From positions 73,013 to 137,012 of the forward strand of contig JACPEK010000004.1 of NCBI GenBank assembly GCA_016183535.1: a stretch of 64,000 bases of DNA. Direction: 5' to 3'. The notes beneath the pieces were generated by a model. That model was not told the DNA's origin, did not search any database, and saw only the letters and a program-made list of their open reading frames with translations. This document shows positions 9,693 through 19,680 of this stretch, piece by piece (position 1 is the first letter of the stretch; every line of letters starts with the position of its first letter). The stretch is from Candidatus Brennerbacteria bacterium. Lineage in GTDB: Bacteria; Patescibacteriota; Minisyncoccia; UBA6257; GWB1-50-10. The position numbers and the translations under genes are program-made.

Positions 9693-10160
9693 TTACCACA
9701 CGTGTTTAGAAGCGGCAATCGCGATCGCGATCGCGTCCGTAGTATCGTCCAACGTTGACGCGTCGGGGAGATGCAGGATCCACCGCGACATTTTCGCTAC
9801 CGCGCGTTTTGAGGCGTTGCCGTCCCCCGCAACGGATTGTTTTACCTGATTTGGTGTAAGTTCGATGATAGAACCCCCCGCTTTCGCGGTGGCAAGGAGA
9901 ATGACACCGCGAGCTTCGGCGACCGCCATGGCGGTGCGCTGGTTGGTTGAAAAGAAAAGGCGTTCGATGCCCACGCGCTCGGGACGGAATTTTTTTAAAA
10001 AAGACACCATGAGCGATTCGAGCACCACGAGACGATCCGTGTTTTTGGCCGACGGTATTTCCCACGTTCCGAACGTTTCGGGTCGGAGCGAATTTCCCTC
10101 CGCCACCACCACCGCGTATCCGATGCGCGCAATTCCCGGGTCGATGCCGGCAATTTTCAT
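9693..10160 (-). CDS. ruvC: Holliday junction resolvase RuvC
   Basis: 'GIDPG', 'IERLFF', 'VAEARGV', 'QVKQSVAGDGNASK', 'DDTTDAIAIA'. Confidence 0.95.
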   Translation of the reverse strand: MKIAGIDPGIARIGYAVVVAEGNSLRPETFGTWEIPSAKNTDRLVVLESLMVSFLKKFRPERVGIERLFFSTNQRTAMAVAEARGVILLATAKAGGSIIELTPNQVKQSVAGDGNASKRAVAKMSRWILHLPDASTLDDTTDAIAIAIAASKHVW

Positions 10161-10705
10161 TGTTGGAGATTTATGTTTGTGATGACACTCTGTATGTCTT
10201 CGTGAGTTTCAAGCGTCTCGACGAGTTGAGTGAGTATGCGCGCGCCTTCGGGTGTGACGGTTTGCGGGAACCTCGCGTGCCACCCTCCGCCATCCTCGGG
10301 GGATTTCGATTCAAACGCCCAGCGGACACTTCCCGGTTCCGCCCATTTCGCGCCGCTGTTTTTAAGGATTGTTTTAATTTCCATAACGGTGCGATTTTTA
10401 CTGTCGGTGAGCGCTTCAATGAGAATCGCACTTCCCTCCGGGCCGTATGCCTCAAGGGTGAGCGCCTCGAGCGTGTCCGCGCCGCGCCGCGCGTGTTCCG
10501 TGGCGCGCGCGATGTTTTCGTTTGGCACTCCCGCCGCGCGCGCCTTCTCGATTACGGTGCGGAGCGTGGGGTTGAAGTTGGGGTTTGACTCGCTCCGCGC
10601 CGCGGCACTTACTGCGCGGAGAATTTTTGAGAACAAAGCGCCGCGCTTCTCGTCCGCCGCGCCTTTTTGCTCCTTAATTTGCTTCCAATGGCTGTGGCCG
10701 GCCAT
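10157..10705 (-). CDS. yebC: YebC/PmpR family protein (shortened)
   Basis: 'MAGHSHWKQIKEQKG..D', 'EAYGPEG..LTDSKNRT', 'EPGSVRWAF'; upstream of ruvC. Confidence 0.9.
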   Translation of the reverse strand: MAGHSHWKQIKEQKGAADEKRGALFSKILRAVSAAARSESNPNFNPTLRTVIEKARAAGVPNENIARATEHARRGADTLEALTLEAYGPEGSAILIEALTDSKNRTVMEIKTILKNSGAKWAEPGSVRWAFESKSPEDGGGWHARFPQTVTPEGARILTQLVETLETHEDIQSVITNINLQQ

Positions 10706-10710
10706 AGCGA

Positions 10711-10821
10711 TAAATCCTAAATCCGAGACTCTAAATTCTAAACAAGCTCTGAATCTTAAATTCCAAAAATTTGAACTTACAATCTCGGATTCATTCAGAG
10801 TTTAGAGTTTGGAATTTGGTG
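10711..10821. repeat. Heptamer-periodic AT-rich foldback repeat
   Basis: TAAATCC-TAAATCC-GAGACTC-TAAATTC-TAAACAA... followed by the complementary TTCAGAG-TTTAGAG-TTTGGAA-TTTGGTG. Confidence 0.7.
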
Positions 10822-11963
10822 TTTTCGCGCGTAAGCGGGAGCGAGATCGTAAAGGTGGTGCCGCGATTTTCCTCCGATTCGACCGTAATCGTGCCGCCGT
10901 GTCCCTCCACGATATTTTTTGCGATATAGAGCCCAAGGCCGCTTCCATTCGGTTCCGCTTGAATGGCGTTTGAACCGCGCTCGAGTTTTTGGAACAATTT
11001 TCGCTCCTCGTTTTTCGGAATGCCTATACCCGTGTCGGCGACGGAAATTTTGGCCTGTGTAGCCTCCCGCGAGAGACTCACCGTTACCCTTCCGCCTTTT
11101 ACGTTATAACGGACGGCGTTATCAAGAAGGTTTGAAATTGCCGCACCGAGGCGCGAAGGATCAATGAAAACCGGAACCGCGGCGACCCCCACGTGGTTGA
11201 AAAGAATGGTAACGCCGTATTGCGTCGCGATAGGCGTGAGGACGGCAATGAGGGAGTCGAGAAATACCACAAGATCAACTTCCTCATATTCGAAACCAAA
11301 CCTGCCCTCTTCCATTTTCGCGGCATCGAGAAAATCATTCACGATTTTAAGACATCGGTCAGTGAGCGCCCGCGCCTCTTTGAGAATTTCGTTAACTCCT
11401 TCTTTTGTTGTGATTCCGTCCGCGCTCTCAAGCGACCATTTAAGCGCGGTGAGGGGTGTGCGGAGTTGGTGGGCGGCGACGCCGACGAACTCGCTCCGCG
11501 CCGCGAACGCGTCTTTTAGGCGCGTTTCATCACGTACGATCTTAAGGAAAAAAAAGGGTATTCCCGAGCTTCCCGGCAAACGGATGGTGTAGGCGACAAA
11601 TTCCCGCGTTGGATTGTCGAATGCGAGTGAAACCACCTGTGGCCACGCGCCCGGTTCTGACCGCTCCGCGCTTGCGGGCGCGAGTGACGGGAAAAGTGTT
11701 TGAACGAGTAAGCGATAATGAGGTTTCTCCGCCCCGCCGGGATCAATGCGCATGCCCTCAATCTCTTCGCGCCGGACGCCGAAAAGCGCTTCCGCCGCGC
11801 GATTCAGCGAATGTATTTTGAAGTCCGCGTCGTATCGTATGGCGGCGTCGGGAAAATCGCGCAAAACGATATCGAGCGCGTCGTCGGCGCGCTTCGCACC
11901 GACCGATCGCGCAAAAAAAGTCCCCTTCATGCGTTTGAGAAACAAACGAAATTGTTGCCACAT
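10791..11963 (-). CDS. PAS-domain sensor histidine kinase (orphan, no TM helix seen)
   Basis: 'AAHQLRTPLT' H-box, 'NLLDNAVRY' N-box, 'DTGIGI', 'GSGLGLYI' G-boxes; N-terminal PAS 'NRAAEALFG'. Confidence 0.92.
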   Translation of the reverse strand: MWQQFRLFLKRMKGTFFARSVGAKRADDALDIVLRDFPDAAIRYDADFKIHSLNRAAEALFGVRREEIEGMRIDPGGAEKPHYRLLVQTLFPSLAPASAERSEPGAWPQVVSLAFDNPTREFVAYTIRLPGSSGIPFFFLKIVRDETRLKDAFAARSEFVGVAAHQLRTPLTALKWSLESADGITTKEGVNEILKEARALTDRCLKIVNDFLDAAKMEEGRFGFEYEEVDLVVFLDSLIAVLTPIATQYGVTILFNHVGVAAVPVFIDPSRLGAAISNLLDNAVRYNVKGGRVTVSLSREATQAKISVADTGIGIPKNEERKLFQKLERGSNAIQAEPNGSGLGLYIAKNIVEGHGGTITVESEENRGTTFTISLPLTRENTKFQTLNSE

Positions 11964-11976
11964 GGTGTTGAGGGCG

Positions 11977-14451
11977 CTAATCGCGCGTGAGTGGTTGCAT
12001 ATTTCCCCAGTCGGAACCGACGTTTACTTCCACGCGGAGCGGCACAGAAAGAACCGCGACGGATTCCATGCAAGCTTTTATCCGAACACTGATTACTTTG
12101 AGCATACCGCGTGGCGCCTCGAAGAGCAATTCGTCATGAATAGAGAGGATCATGCGGGTTTTTTCCCATCGTTCCCGCTTGATGAGCGCCGCAGTTTTTC
12201 TCATTGCCGTCTTAATAATGTCCGCGCCAAGCGATTGGAGAGGCATATTGATGGCGGCGCGTTCCGTTTCGCCGGCGCGTCCGCGCGACACACGCGGAAA
12301 CCACCGGCGCCGCCCGTTTTCGTTTGTCACATACCCTTTTGTTTTTGCCTCTTCTTTCACGCGCTCTTGCCATTCCCGCACGCGCGGAAATTGCCGGAAA
12401 TATTCTTCCATAAACCGCCGCGCTTCGGTGATTGAAAATCCGCTCGCCGCCGCGAATGCGCGAGCTCCCATGCCGTACACAATCCCGAAATTTAATGTTT
12501 TTGCGGTCCGGCGCATGGCGGGCGTGACAGCGGATGGAGGGATTTTAAAAACTTTTCCGGCAGTGAGTTGGTGTATATCTTTTCCCTCGTCGAACGCGCG
12601 CCGCAACGCCATGTCATCCGCCGCGTGCGCGAGGAGTCGGAGTTCCAATTGGGAATAATCGAAGGAAACAAGCGCGGCGCCGCGCGGCGCCGCAAACGCG
12701 CTCCGGAGGGCAGGCGCCCATTTTGATTCATGGGGGATGTTCTGAAGGTTTGGGTTCGACGAGGCGAGACGCCCGGTTGCGGTTCCGGTTTGGAGAAAAG
12801 AGGTATGAACGCGGCCGTCCTCGGCGATTGCCGCGGCGAGTGGCTCAACAAAACTTGAGAAGATTTTGAAAGTTTCGCGGTATTCGAGAATAAGGGGAAC
12901 GATAGGGTGTGCGTCGCCGAGTTCTTCAAGAACGGTTTTTCCGGTGCGGCGCTGACCAGTCCGTGTTTTCTTGTTTTTTTCCCCGACGATTCGAAGTTTT
13001 TCAAAGAGTGTGTTCGCGACCTGCCGAGGAGAATTTATATTAAAAGGTCCGCCCGCCGCGCGGTAGACGGCTTCCTCAATTCTTACGAGGTCGTTGCGCA
13101 TGGCGCGCGCGAGACGCTCGAGCGCCTCGCGGCGCAGAAGGATGCCCGTGTTTTCCATCTCCGCGAGCACAGGGATCAGAGGCATCTCGATTTCGCGGGC
13201 GACTCGCATGAGTCCGTACGCGGAAAGTTTTTCATTAAGAACCGCGTAGAGTACCGCATCGTCCGCGGAACGTCCCGCAAGAAAGCGGGCGAAGAGCGTT
13301 TCGCGCGAGAAATCTTTCTGTTCGGGATCAATAATCCATCCCGCCACAGAGAGATCAAAGAGGGGATCTCGTATGTTGAGGGCGCGATCGCCGAGGATTT
13401 TCAGTATCTCTTTCCATCCGTACGCGATTTTTTCGCCGGGCATCGAAAGTGCCGCGAGTCGGGCGCGCGCATCCTCCGCGTTTTTAACGAACACCGCATC
13501 GGGCGGAAATCCCCCGCTTTCGGAAATCCTCGGCGTCACGTGTTCCGGAAGCCGTACGGAGCCAAGCAAACTCTCAAATCCCAGGTCTGCGAAGTAGGGA
13601 GCGAGGGTGTTTTCGGAAGTGCCGGCGAAGCGCCCGTCCTCGAGAGCGACATCGACGGGAACCGCGGTGTCTATCGTGGCGAGTTTTTTCGAGAACCGCG
13701 CGTCCTCGCGATGAGCGGCGACTATTTTTACAAAGCGAACCTGGACGTCGGCGCGCGCGGCGACCGTTTCCACTCCCTCGTTTTCAATAGCTTGGAAGAT
13801 GCTTTCAATGTCGCCGTAGGCGCGCACAAGTTTCAAGGCGCTCGTTTCCCCGACCCCGAGAACTCCCGGTATGTTATCCGAAGCGTCGCCCATAATGCCT
13901 TTAAGGTCGGGCACGTGTTCAGGTCCGAAGCCGTAGCGGTTCCGCACCGCCGCCTCGTCGTATATTACCGTTTCCGACACGCCCTTTTTAAAAGTTTCGA
14001 CGGCGACGGAAGGGTCCCGTACCAACTGGAGGGCGTCGAGATCCCCGGTGAGTATAGTAACCACCGCTCCTTGTTTGGAGAAGCGGGCGGCGAGTGTGCC
14101 GATAATGTCGTCCGCTTCCGCTTTCGGGAACTCCACAACACAGACGCCGAATGCGCGGAAGAGCTCGCGCGCTTCTACAAGTTGAGACACCAACTCGTCA
14201 GGCGCTTTCGGTCGGTGAGCTTTGTAATCTGCGAAGGTATCTTTCCGAAATGTTGGCTCGGGACGGTCGAATGCTCCGAAAGCGTGTGTGAACCGCTCTC
14301 GCTTCGCTATCTTGAGGAGTATACGGGCGATTCCGTAGAGCGCGCCGGTTGGTTGTCCCTTGGGCCCCGAGAGCGGCGGGAGCGCGTGAAATGCCCGGTG
14401 GATCAAAGCGTGTGCGTCGATGATGAGTACGGAGGCGGGAGGGGAACCCAT
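11977..14451 (-). CDS. polA: DNA polymerase I
   Basis: 5'-3' exonuclease 'IIDAHALIHRAFHA', 'EADDIIGTL'; polymerase 'TGRLASSNPNLQNIP', 'DYSQLELR', 'KTLNFGIVYG', 'IHDEL'. Confidence 0.97.
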   Translation of the reverse strand: MGSPPASVLIIDAHALIHRAFHALPPLSGPKGQPTGALYGIARILLKIAKRERFTHAFGAFDRPEPTFRKDTFADYKAHRPKAPDELVSQLVEARELFRAFGVCVVEFPKAEADDIIGTLAARFSKQGAVVTILTGDLDALQLVRDPSVAVETFKKGVSETVIYDEAAVRNRYGFGPEHVPDLKGIMGDASDNIPGVLGVGETSALKLVRAYGDIESIFQAIENEGVETVAARADVQVRFVKIVAAHREDARFSKKLATIDTAVPVDVALEDGRFAGTSENTLAPYFADLGFESLLGSVRLPEHVTPRISESGGFPPDAVFVKNAEDARARLAALSMPGEKIAYGWKEILKILGDRALNIRDPLFDLSVAGWIIDPEQKDFSRETLFARFLAGRSADDAVLYAVLNEKLSAYGLMRVAREIEMPLIPVLAEMENTGILLRREALERLARAMRNDLVRIEEAVYRAAGGPFNINSPRQVANTLFEKLRIVGEKNKKTRTGQRRTGKTVLEELGDAHPIVPLILEYRETFKIFSSFVEPLAAAIAEDGRVHTSFLQTGTATGRLASSNPNLQNIPHESKWAPALRSAFAAPRGAALVSFDYSQLELRLLAHAADDMALRRAFDEGKDIHQLTAGKVFKIPPSAVTPAMRRTAKTLNFGIVYGMGARAFAAASGFSITEARRFMEEYFRQFPRVREWQERVKEEAKTKGYVTNENGRRRWFPRVSRGRAGETERAAINMPLQSLGADIIKTAMRKTAALIKRERWEKTRMILSIHDELLFEAPRGMLKVISVRIKACMESVAVLSVPLRVEVNVGSDWGNMQPLTRD

Positions 14452-14460
14452 AGGTGTGTA

Positions 14461-14934
14461 TTACCGCGCCGCGAATCTGAACATACGGATTGAGGAGCGG
14501 CGCGCTACGTTTCTCGAGGGGTGGCGGAGAAAAATCCAAATCGCGGGATGGGGAATCGCGGCGCGAATACGGTCGGCCCACTCGACCAGGAAGAGATTTT
14601 GCGGGTTACGCAGATCCTCAAAAAATCCGAGCGGCGCGAGCGTTTTCTTTTTCGCGTTCCGCAGGCGGTAGGCATCAGCGTGGAAGAGGTTTTGGTAGTA
14701 GTTGTTCTTGAGAGGGTATCGGCGCACGAACACGAAGGTAGGACTCGGAAGGTTTCGCCGGACGCCCATCGCGCGTGCGAACGCCTGCGTAAAAAGAGTT
14801 TTTCCCACCCCGAGCGATCCCTCAAGCGCGATCACGGTGGCGTGAGGGAAACGGAGCGGACGGCGGAGAAGCTCTTTCGCGAGCGCTTCGGCGAAAAGGC
14901 GGGTGGTGCGAGGCGACGAAGAAACAAGGCGCAT
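14461..14934 (-). CDS. tsaE: tRNA threonylcarbamoyladenosine biosynthesis ATPase TsaE
   Basis: 'LEGSLGVGKTLF', 'SPTFVF', 'HADAYRL', 'VEWAD'. Confidence 0.93.
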   Translation of the reverse strand: MRLVSSSPRTTRLFAEALAKELLRRPLRFPHATVIALEGSLGVGKTLFTQAFARAMGVRRNLPSPTFVFVRRYPLKNNYYQNLFHADAYRLRNAKKKTLAPLGFFEDLRNPQNLFLVEWADRIRAAIPHPAIWIFLRHPSRNVARRSSIRMFRFAAR

Positions 14935-14941
14935 GATGGAG

Positions 14942-15955
14942 TTAAACGAGCGAAGGGTGCGGAGGGAGGCCGAGGTGAAGGTAGGCGTCTTTTGTCGCCA
15001 CGCGCCCCGCAGGCGTGCGATGAAGAAAACCCATTTTCATAAGAAAAGGTTCGTACACGTCCTCAATTGTTCCCGGGTCTTCATTCAGGGCGGCGGCGAG
15101 CGCTTTGAGTCCCACCGGCCCCCCGTTCCATTTTGTGATGAGCGTGCGGAGGAGACCGCGATCCGTTTCTTCGAGCCCGAGCGAATCTATCTCGAACATA
15201 GCGAGGCACGCTTCTGCGGTAGTTTCGTCCACCCTGCCCGCGCCGTGTATCTCCGCATAATCTCTCGCGCGTTTGAGGAGTCGGTTCGCGGTGCGTGGAG
15301 TGAAGCGTGCCGCGCGGGCGAGGAGCGTGCGTGCGCCGGAGGTGAGGGGAATTCCGATGATTTCCGCGGAGCGCGCGAGAATACGTTCGATATCTTCAGG
15401 CTCGTAGTAATCGAGGCGGAAAGTGGCGCCGAAGCGCGAACGCAAGGGCGCCGAGAGGAGATTGACCCGTGTGGTGGCCGCGATGATGGTAAAAGAAGGG
15501 AGGTCGAGTGAAAACGCGCGCGCGGAGGGGCCCTTTCCCATCACTAAATGGAGGGTGCGAGCTTCCATTGCGGGGTAGAGTATTTCTTCGGCGAGCTTGT
15601 TTACGCGGTGCGCTTCATCAATGAAGAGAATGTCGTGCGTCTCGAGATTCGAGAGGATGGCGGCGATGTCGCCGGCCTTTTCAAGCGCGGGTCCCGCGGT
15701 CACGTGCACGCGGGCGCCGGTTTCGTGCCCGATGAGATGCGCGAGCGTGGTTTTTCCGAGACCAGCTTGGCCGTAGAAGAGGAGATGATCAGGGGCTTCG
15801 CCCCGATGCTTTGCGGCTTCGATGATGAGGCGGAGATTCCGTTTTACTTTTTCCTGGCCGATGTATTCCTCCCAGCGGGAAGGACGGAGCGCGAGTTCAA
15901 GCGGCCCCCCGTCCGGGGTGGGAGTGGATGGCGTGGGGATATCTTTCTTTTGCAT
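14942..15955 (-). CDS. ruvB: Holliday junction branch migration helicase RuvB
   Basis: 'LRPSRWEEYIGQ', 'GQAGLGKTTLA', 'FIDEAHR', 'PLRSRFG', 'YEPFL..RTPAGR'; likely start ATG 15955. Confidence 0.97.
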   Translation of the reverse strand: MQKKDIPTPSTPTPDGGPLELALRPSRWEEYIGQEKVKRNLRLIIEAAKHRGEAPDHLLFYGQAGLGKTTLAHLIGHETGARVHVTAGPALEKAGDIAAILSNLETHDILFIDEAHRVNKLAEEILYPAMEARTLHLVMGKGPSARAFSLDLPSFTIIAATTRVNLLSAPLRSRFGATFRLDYYEPEDIERILARSAEIIGIPLTSGARTLLARAARFTPRTANRLLKRARDYAEIHGAGRVDETTAEACLAMFEIDSLGLEETDRGLLRTLITKWNGGPVGLKALAAALNEDPGTIEDVYEPFLMKMGFLHRTPAGRVATKDAYLHLGLPPHPSLV

Positions 15956-16048
15956 ACGGTATGAATAGCGTCTACAATCGCGTTCGGGCTTGTCGGTTGG
16001 TTTGGCGGGGTATGCGCCGGCCGCAATTGACATTTTATTTCCTTTATG

Positions 16049-16279
16049 CTAGTATCTCAAAGGAAAATTGTACGGTGAGACCTGTGGGCATTCGGATACT
16101 TCTGTAGACCACGTAAGGACGTTTCGGCTTCGGCGGGGGCGTTCCTCAGGAAGATCCCCCCTCTTTGCGCGTAGCGCGAGGAGTTTTAAAACCATTCCCT
16201 GGTTTTGCGCCCACAGATCCCGCCGCCCAATTTTTTCTTTCGCGCTCCGGATTTTTACGCCGGAGCGCTTACGTTTCAT
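16049..16279 (-). CDS. Small basic hypothetical protein
   Basis: 76-aa ORF filling the pilB-ruvB gap, start overlaps the pilB stop; no recognisable motif. Confidence 0.35.
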   Translation of the reverse strand: MKRKRSGVKIRSAKEKIGRRDLWAQNQGMVLKLLALRAKRGDLPEERPRRSRNVLTWSTEVSECPQVSPYNFPLRY

Positions 16280-17948
16280 TAGGCCACGAGAGCGGCCCCG
16301 TCACCCGTTCCACTTCTTCGAATGAAGTGATGCCGCGGAGCACCTTGAGTATGCCGTCTTCCTGTATTGTAGTCATTCCCTCATCGCGTGCCAAGCGCGC
16401 AAGTTCCAATTCCGTCGGATTTTTGTAAATCACCGCTTCCATCGCCTCCGTGACGGGGAAAAGTTCAAAAATCGAAGTACGCCCGCGGTATCCGAGGTTT
16501 TTACAGTCCGGACATCCTTTCGGAGCGAAGACGGTGGGGTGCGCGTAGGGCGTGCGGTCTACGCGTGCAGGGAGTTTTTTCAAAAATCGCTTAATTTGAT
16601 CCTCCTCTTCTTTTGAAACCGCGACCGGCGCGCGGCACGTTGGACACAGCGCGCGCACGAGGCGTTGCGCGATTACGAGGGAGAGCGCGGGTCCCAGGGT
16701 TTGTGCGGGAACTCCAAGGTCCAAGAGCCGCGGAACGGCCCCCACCGCGTCATTCGTATGAAGCGTGGAGAATACAATGTGGCCGGTCAGGGAGGCGTTC
16801 AAGGCAATCTCGGCGGTTTCTTTGTCGCGAATTTCGCCGACCAGGATGATGTTCGGATCCTGCCGTAAAATAGCGCGCAGACCCGACGCGAAGGTGTAGC
16901 GAGCGTCAGGATCCACTTGAGTTTGAGAAATACCCGGGAGGTGATACTCGATCGGATCTTCGACGGTAATGATTTTTATCTCTGGGCGCCATACGTGTTT
17001 TAAAAAAGCATAGAGGGTGGTGGTTTTACCACTTCCGGTGGGGCCGGTGTTCAACACGAGGCCATTTGGTTTTTTTACCTCGTCTTTTACAATCGCGAGA
17101 TCGTCCGGGCGCCATCCGAGCGCTTCGAGATCTACTTTGAGCGCGTTCGGGTCGAGTATGCGCATGACCGCCGTTTCCCCATATTCGGAAGGTATGATCG
17201 AGGTACGCACCTCGATGTCGCGATCTTCAAGATCGATGGTGAAGCGGCCGTCCTGGGGTTCTGTGGTTACGTTGAGTTTCAAATTTGAGAGAAGTTTCAC
17301 TCTTGTGATAAGGGAGTGATAAGTGTGCGCCACGAAGCCGTCGAAGGCGGCATAGAGAAGTCCGTCGAGCCGGTAGCGGAGCGCGCCGCCGCTCTCGCGC
17401 GGTTCAAGGTGGATGTCGGACGCACCGAGCGCCAAGGCGCCGGCGACCACAATTTCCAAAATCTCCGAGGTGAGAGAACTTTTCCACTCCGTGATCGCGT
17501 GTCTCACCTCTTCGAGGGTTCCTACATGACCCGTGAGTTCCTCAAGGCGTGCGTGGTCGATTTGCACCTTGCCGCTGATTTCATGTTCTTCCGTCGGTAC
17601 GTATTGATAGTAGTTCCAGACGTGCGCAAGGGAAGCGATTGAGGTTACGACAACCTGTACCGTGTGCGACCCGCGGAGGCGCTCAATAATCGCTTTCGTT
17701 TCCGGTTTCTCGGGGTTGAACGCCGCGACGAGAAGTTTTTTGCCTACAGATTGTACGGGTACCACAAGCGCTTCACGAGATTCCGCTTCAGAGACGAAGC
17801 GTATGGCCTTGATCTCGGTCGGCACCTTCACGGAAACGAGGTTGAGATAGGGGAGTTTCAAGGCCGCCGCGCGCCGCTTCGCGTCGGCCTCCTCCGCATC
17901 CCTGCGGTACTGCGCGAGTTTTTCTTCAAGCGCTTTCGTTTGGAACAT
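16269..17948 (-). CDS. pilB: Type IV pilus assembly ATPase PilB/GspE family
   Basis: 'ASDIHLEP', 'PQDGRF', 'GPTGSGKTTTLY', 'TVEDPIEY', 'LRQDPNIILVGEIRD', 'TGHIVFSTLHTN', CxxC pair, 'GYRGRT'. Confidence 0.93.
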   Translation of the reverse strand: MFQTKALEEKLAQYRRDAEEADAKRRAAALKLPYLNLVSVKVPTEIKAIRFVSEAESREALVVPVQSVGKKLLVAAFNPEKPETKAIIERLRGSHTVQVVVTSIASLAHVWNYYQYVPTEEHEISGKVQIDHARLEELTGHVGTLEEVRHAITEWKSSLTSEILEIVVAGALALGASDIHLEPRESGGALRYRLDGLLYAAFDGFVAHTYHSLITRVKLLSNLKLNVTTEPQDGRFTIDLEDRDIEVRTSIIPSEYGETAVMRILDPNALKVDLEALGWRPDDLAIVKDEVKKPNGLVLNTGPTGSGKTTTLYAFLKHVWRPEIKIITVEDPIEYHLPGISQTQVDPDARYTFASGLRAILRQDPNIILVGEIRDKETAEIALNASLTGHIVFSTLHTNDAVGAVPRLLDLGVPAQTLGPALSLVIAQRLVRALCPTCRAPVAVSKEEEDQIKRFLKKLPARVDRTPYAHPTVFAPKGCPDCKNLGYRGRTSIFELFPVTEAMEAVIYKNPTELELARLARDEGMTTIQEDGILKVLRGITSFEEVERVTGPLSWPNET

Positions 17949-18000
17949 CGCTTCTATTATAGCGCGCCAGGGTTGTATATTCGCTTGCGCGCGCAGGAAT

Positions 18001-18029
18001 TTGACTATTTTTGAATGTAGTGGTATAGT
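18001..18029 (+). promoter_or_regulatory. sigma70-type promoter of the lipoprotein gene
   Basis: TTGACT-N17-TATAGT with extended TG; SD GAAAGGA before ATG 18058. Confidence 0.6.
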
Positions 18030-18057
18030 TAAACGAGCAAAATTGAAAGGAAAAGTT

Positions 18058-18438
18058 ATGAAACATCACTTTCTTGCGGCCGCACTTGTTGTGGGCATGT
18101 GTGGATGCGCGAGCGTGAAAGAGTTTTTCACCACCGCACCGGATCAGGGTGTTGTGGTGACAAATACCATTCCCGACTCCTACGCCTTCGTCATAAAGCG
18201 AGGAGTGGGAGGGGAGGCTCAAGTTTTCGGGAAACTCAAGGTGGGGATGGACTGTTTTGTCCCCGCCTCATACTATCCCGACTCGCAAACCTTCGCCGTC
18301 ATCGTCCACGTTTACACGATGGACGGCGGACATATAGGTTCGAGAACTCGACTTTTTTCTTTCTCAAACCCGCGCGGTCGTTCCTATCGGAACGAGGTGT
18401 GGGACGTGAGGAAGTCCGACCTTCTCAAGGGTGATTAA
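18058..18438 (+). CDS. Hypothetical lipoprotein
   Basis: MKHHFLAAALVVGMCGC lipobox-like signal; own promoter, SD and downstream hairpin (ccgcgttc-ttcc-gaacgcgg plus T-tract). Confidence 0.65.
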   Translation: MKHHFLAAALVVGMCGCASVKEFFTTAPDQGVVVTNTIPDSYAFVIKRGVGGEAQVFGKLKVGMDCFVPASYYPDSQTFAVIVHVYTMDGGHIGSRTRLFSFSNPRGRSYRNEVWDVRKSDLLKGD

Positions 18439-18520
18439 TTTTTTCGCTCCGCCCGCGTTCTTCCGAACGCGGGTTTTTGTTTTTTGCCATCAGACGCGCG
18501 ACCCGCTACCTTATAAGCGT

Positions 18521-19402
18521 ATGGTTATTGTCCTTTTTGGTCCCGATTCTTATCGCCGCGCTTTGAAGGCGCGAGAACTCGTAGCCGCCTATCGAGCAAA
18601 ACATCCCCTCGCCGACCTTCTTGCGGTGGATCTCGAGGACGATCCTGATTCGTGGCGGACCGCCCGCGATTTTTTGAAACAACCTTCAATGTTCACGGAT
18701 TCGAAGGTGCTCGTGGTGCGCGAACCCGCCGTAGCGGAGGAAAAAAGTTGGATTGGCGCGCTCGAAGCCATAGTAGCGGCGCAGGGCGCTGTGGCGATAC
18801 TCTCTTCCGAAAAAGATCCCGCAAATACGTTCCGGTTTCTCGATAGTCGCGAGGTCGAGCGCCAGGAATTCAAAGAGCTCGACGGGCGGATTTTGGAAAT
18901 GTTCGTCGCGCGCGAGGCGAAGGCTCGTGGCATTGTTTTGAGCGCGGGGGCGCTCCGTTTTTTTCTCGCACACCTTGAAGCGTTTCCTCTGCGGAGCGCG
19001 CGAGCGCGGACAGAACTCGACCTTATCAGAATGACGGGATTTCCCCTTCCCGTCCTCGAGGAGCATCTCGCACGGCTCACCGCATGGCTTCCCTCGAGAG
19101 AAATTTATGCCGGCGCACGCGCGATTTTTGGGGAAGCTTCCCCACTCGCGCGCCTCGCGGCGCTCGAGCGGCTTCTTGTGGATGGGGAACCCGCCGCAAA
19201 AATTTTTAACTTTCTCGGATATCTTGCTTCCGGCGCGCCCGCCGCCGCGCTTGCGGGGTACGACGTCGCGGTGAAAAGCGGAAAATTGGAATACGAGGAA
19301 GCGCTCACCGATTTTGCGATGAGCTTATCCGTCGGACGGTCAAACGCCACCGGATCGTCCGCGGTCAGCCGCGCGGAAACTTTCTTGCAAGACGCGATTT
19401 AA
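18521..19402 (+). CDS. holA: DNA polymerase III delta subunit
   Basis: 'MVIVLFGPDSYR', 'LKQPSMFTDSKVLVV', 'DVAVKSG'; convergent with rpsT; start ATG 18521. Confidence 0.8.
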   Translation: MVIVLFGPDSYRRALKARELVAAYRAKHPLADLLAVDLEDDPDSWRTARDFLKQPSMFTDSKVLVVREPAVAEEKSWIGALEAIVAAQGAVAILSSEKDPANTFRFLDSREVERQEFKELDGRILEMFVAREAKARGIVLSAGALRFFLAHLEAFPLRSARARTELDLIRMTGFPLPVLEEHLARLTAWLPSREIYAGARAIFGEASPLARLAALERLLVDGEPAAKIFNFLGYLASGAPAAALAGYDVAVKSGKLEYEEALTDFAMSLSVGRSNATGSSAVSRAETFLQDAI

Positions 19403-19625
19403 GCCGACGAGCTTTGTTTTTTTTGATAAAGCCCACCTTCGCCATTTTGTCAAGTTTTTGGTAGGCGTTCGCAAGCGCAACCCTCGCCGCCGCGCGATCA
19501 CCATCTTCGAGTTTTTGTTTATACTGCTTTACCGCAACCCGTGCTTGCGCCTTGCGGGAGAGATTTCTCGTGCGTCTCCGCGTGTTTTGCCGGAGAGCTT
19601 TTTTTGCCGTTCGCGTTCGTGGCAT
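19365..19625 (-). CDS. rpsT: 30S ribosomal protein S20
   Basis: 'MPRTRTAKKALRQNTRRRTRN', 'LDKMAKVGFIKKNKARRLKSRL'. Confidence 0.95.
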   Translation of the reverse strand: MPRTRTAKKALRQNTRRRTRNLSRKAQARVAVKQYKQKLEDGDRAAARVALANAYQKLDKMAKVGFIKKNKARRLKSRLARKFPRG

Positions 19626-19680
19626 ATTGGTTTATTAAAGCGGACGAGCGAAACGAGGTCAAGTTGTCTATAATAGTGCC

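Noticed and set aside
10157-10705. Short YebC (182 aa) and short RnpA (86 aa) as pseudogenes
   Set aside because: Frames are intact with key motifs and normal operon coupling; consistent with streamlined proteins.
12907-14493. 528-aa plus-strand ORF and other long antisense ORFs (e.g. 4363-5187, 46330-47229, 52627-53619, 59303-60160)
   Set aside because: Shadow frames of well-supported genes (polA, dnaA, rnj, rny, cargo) with no motifs; expected from codon bias in GC-rich DNA.
19365-19402. Convergent 38-nt overlap of holA and rpsT
   Set aside because: Short tail overlap typical of compact genomes; no further signal.
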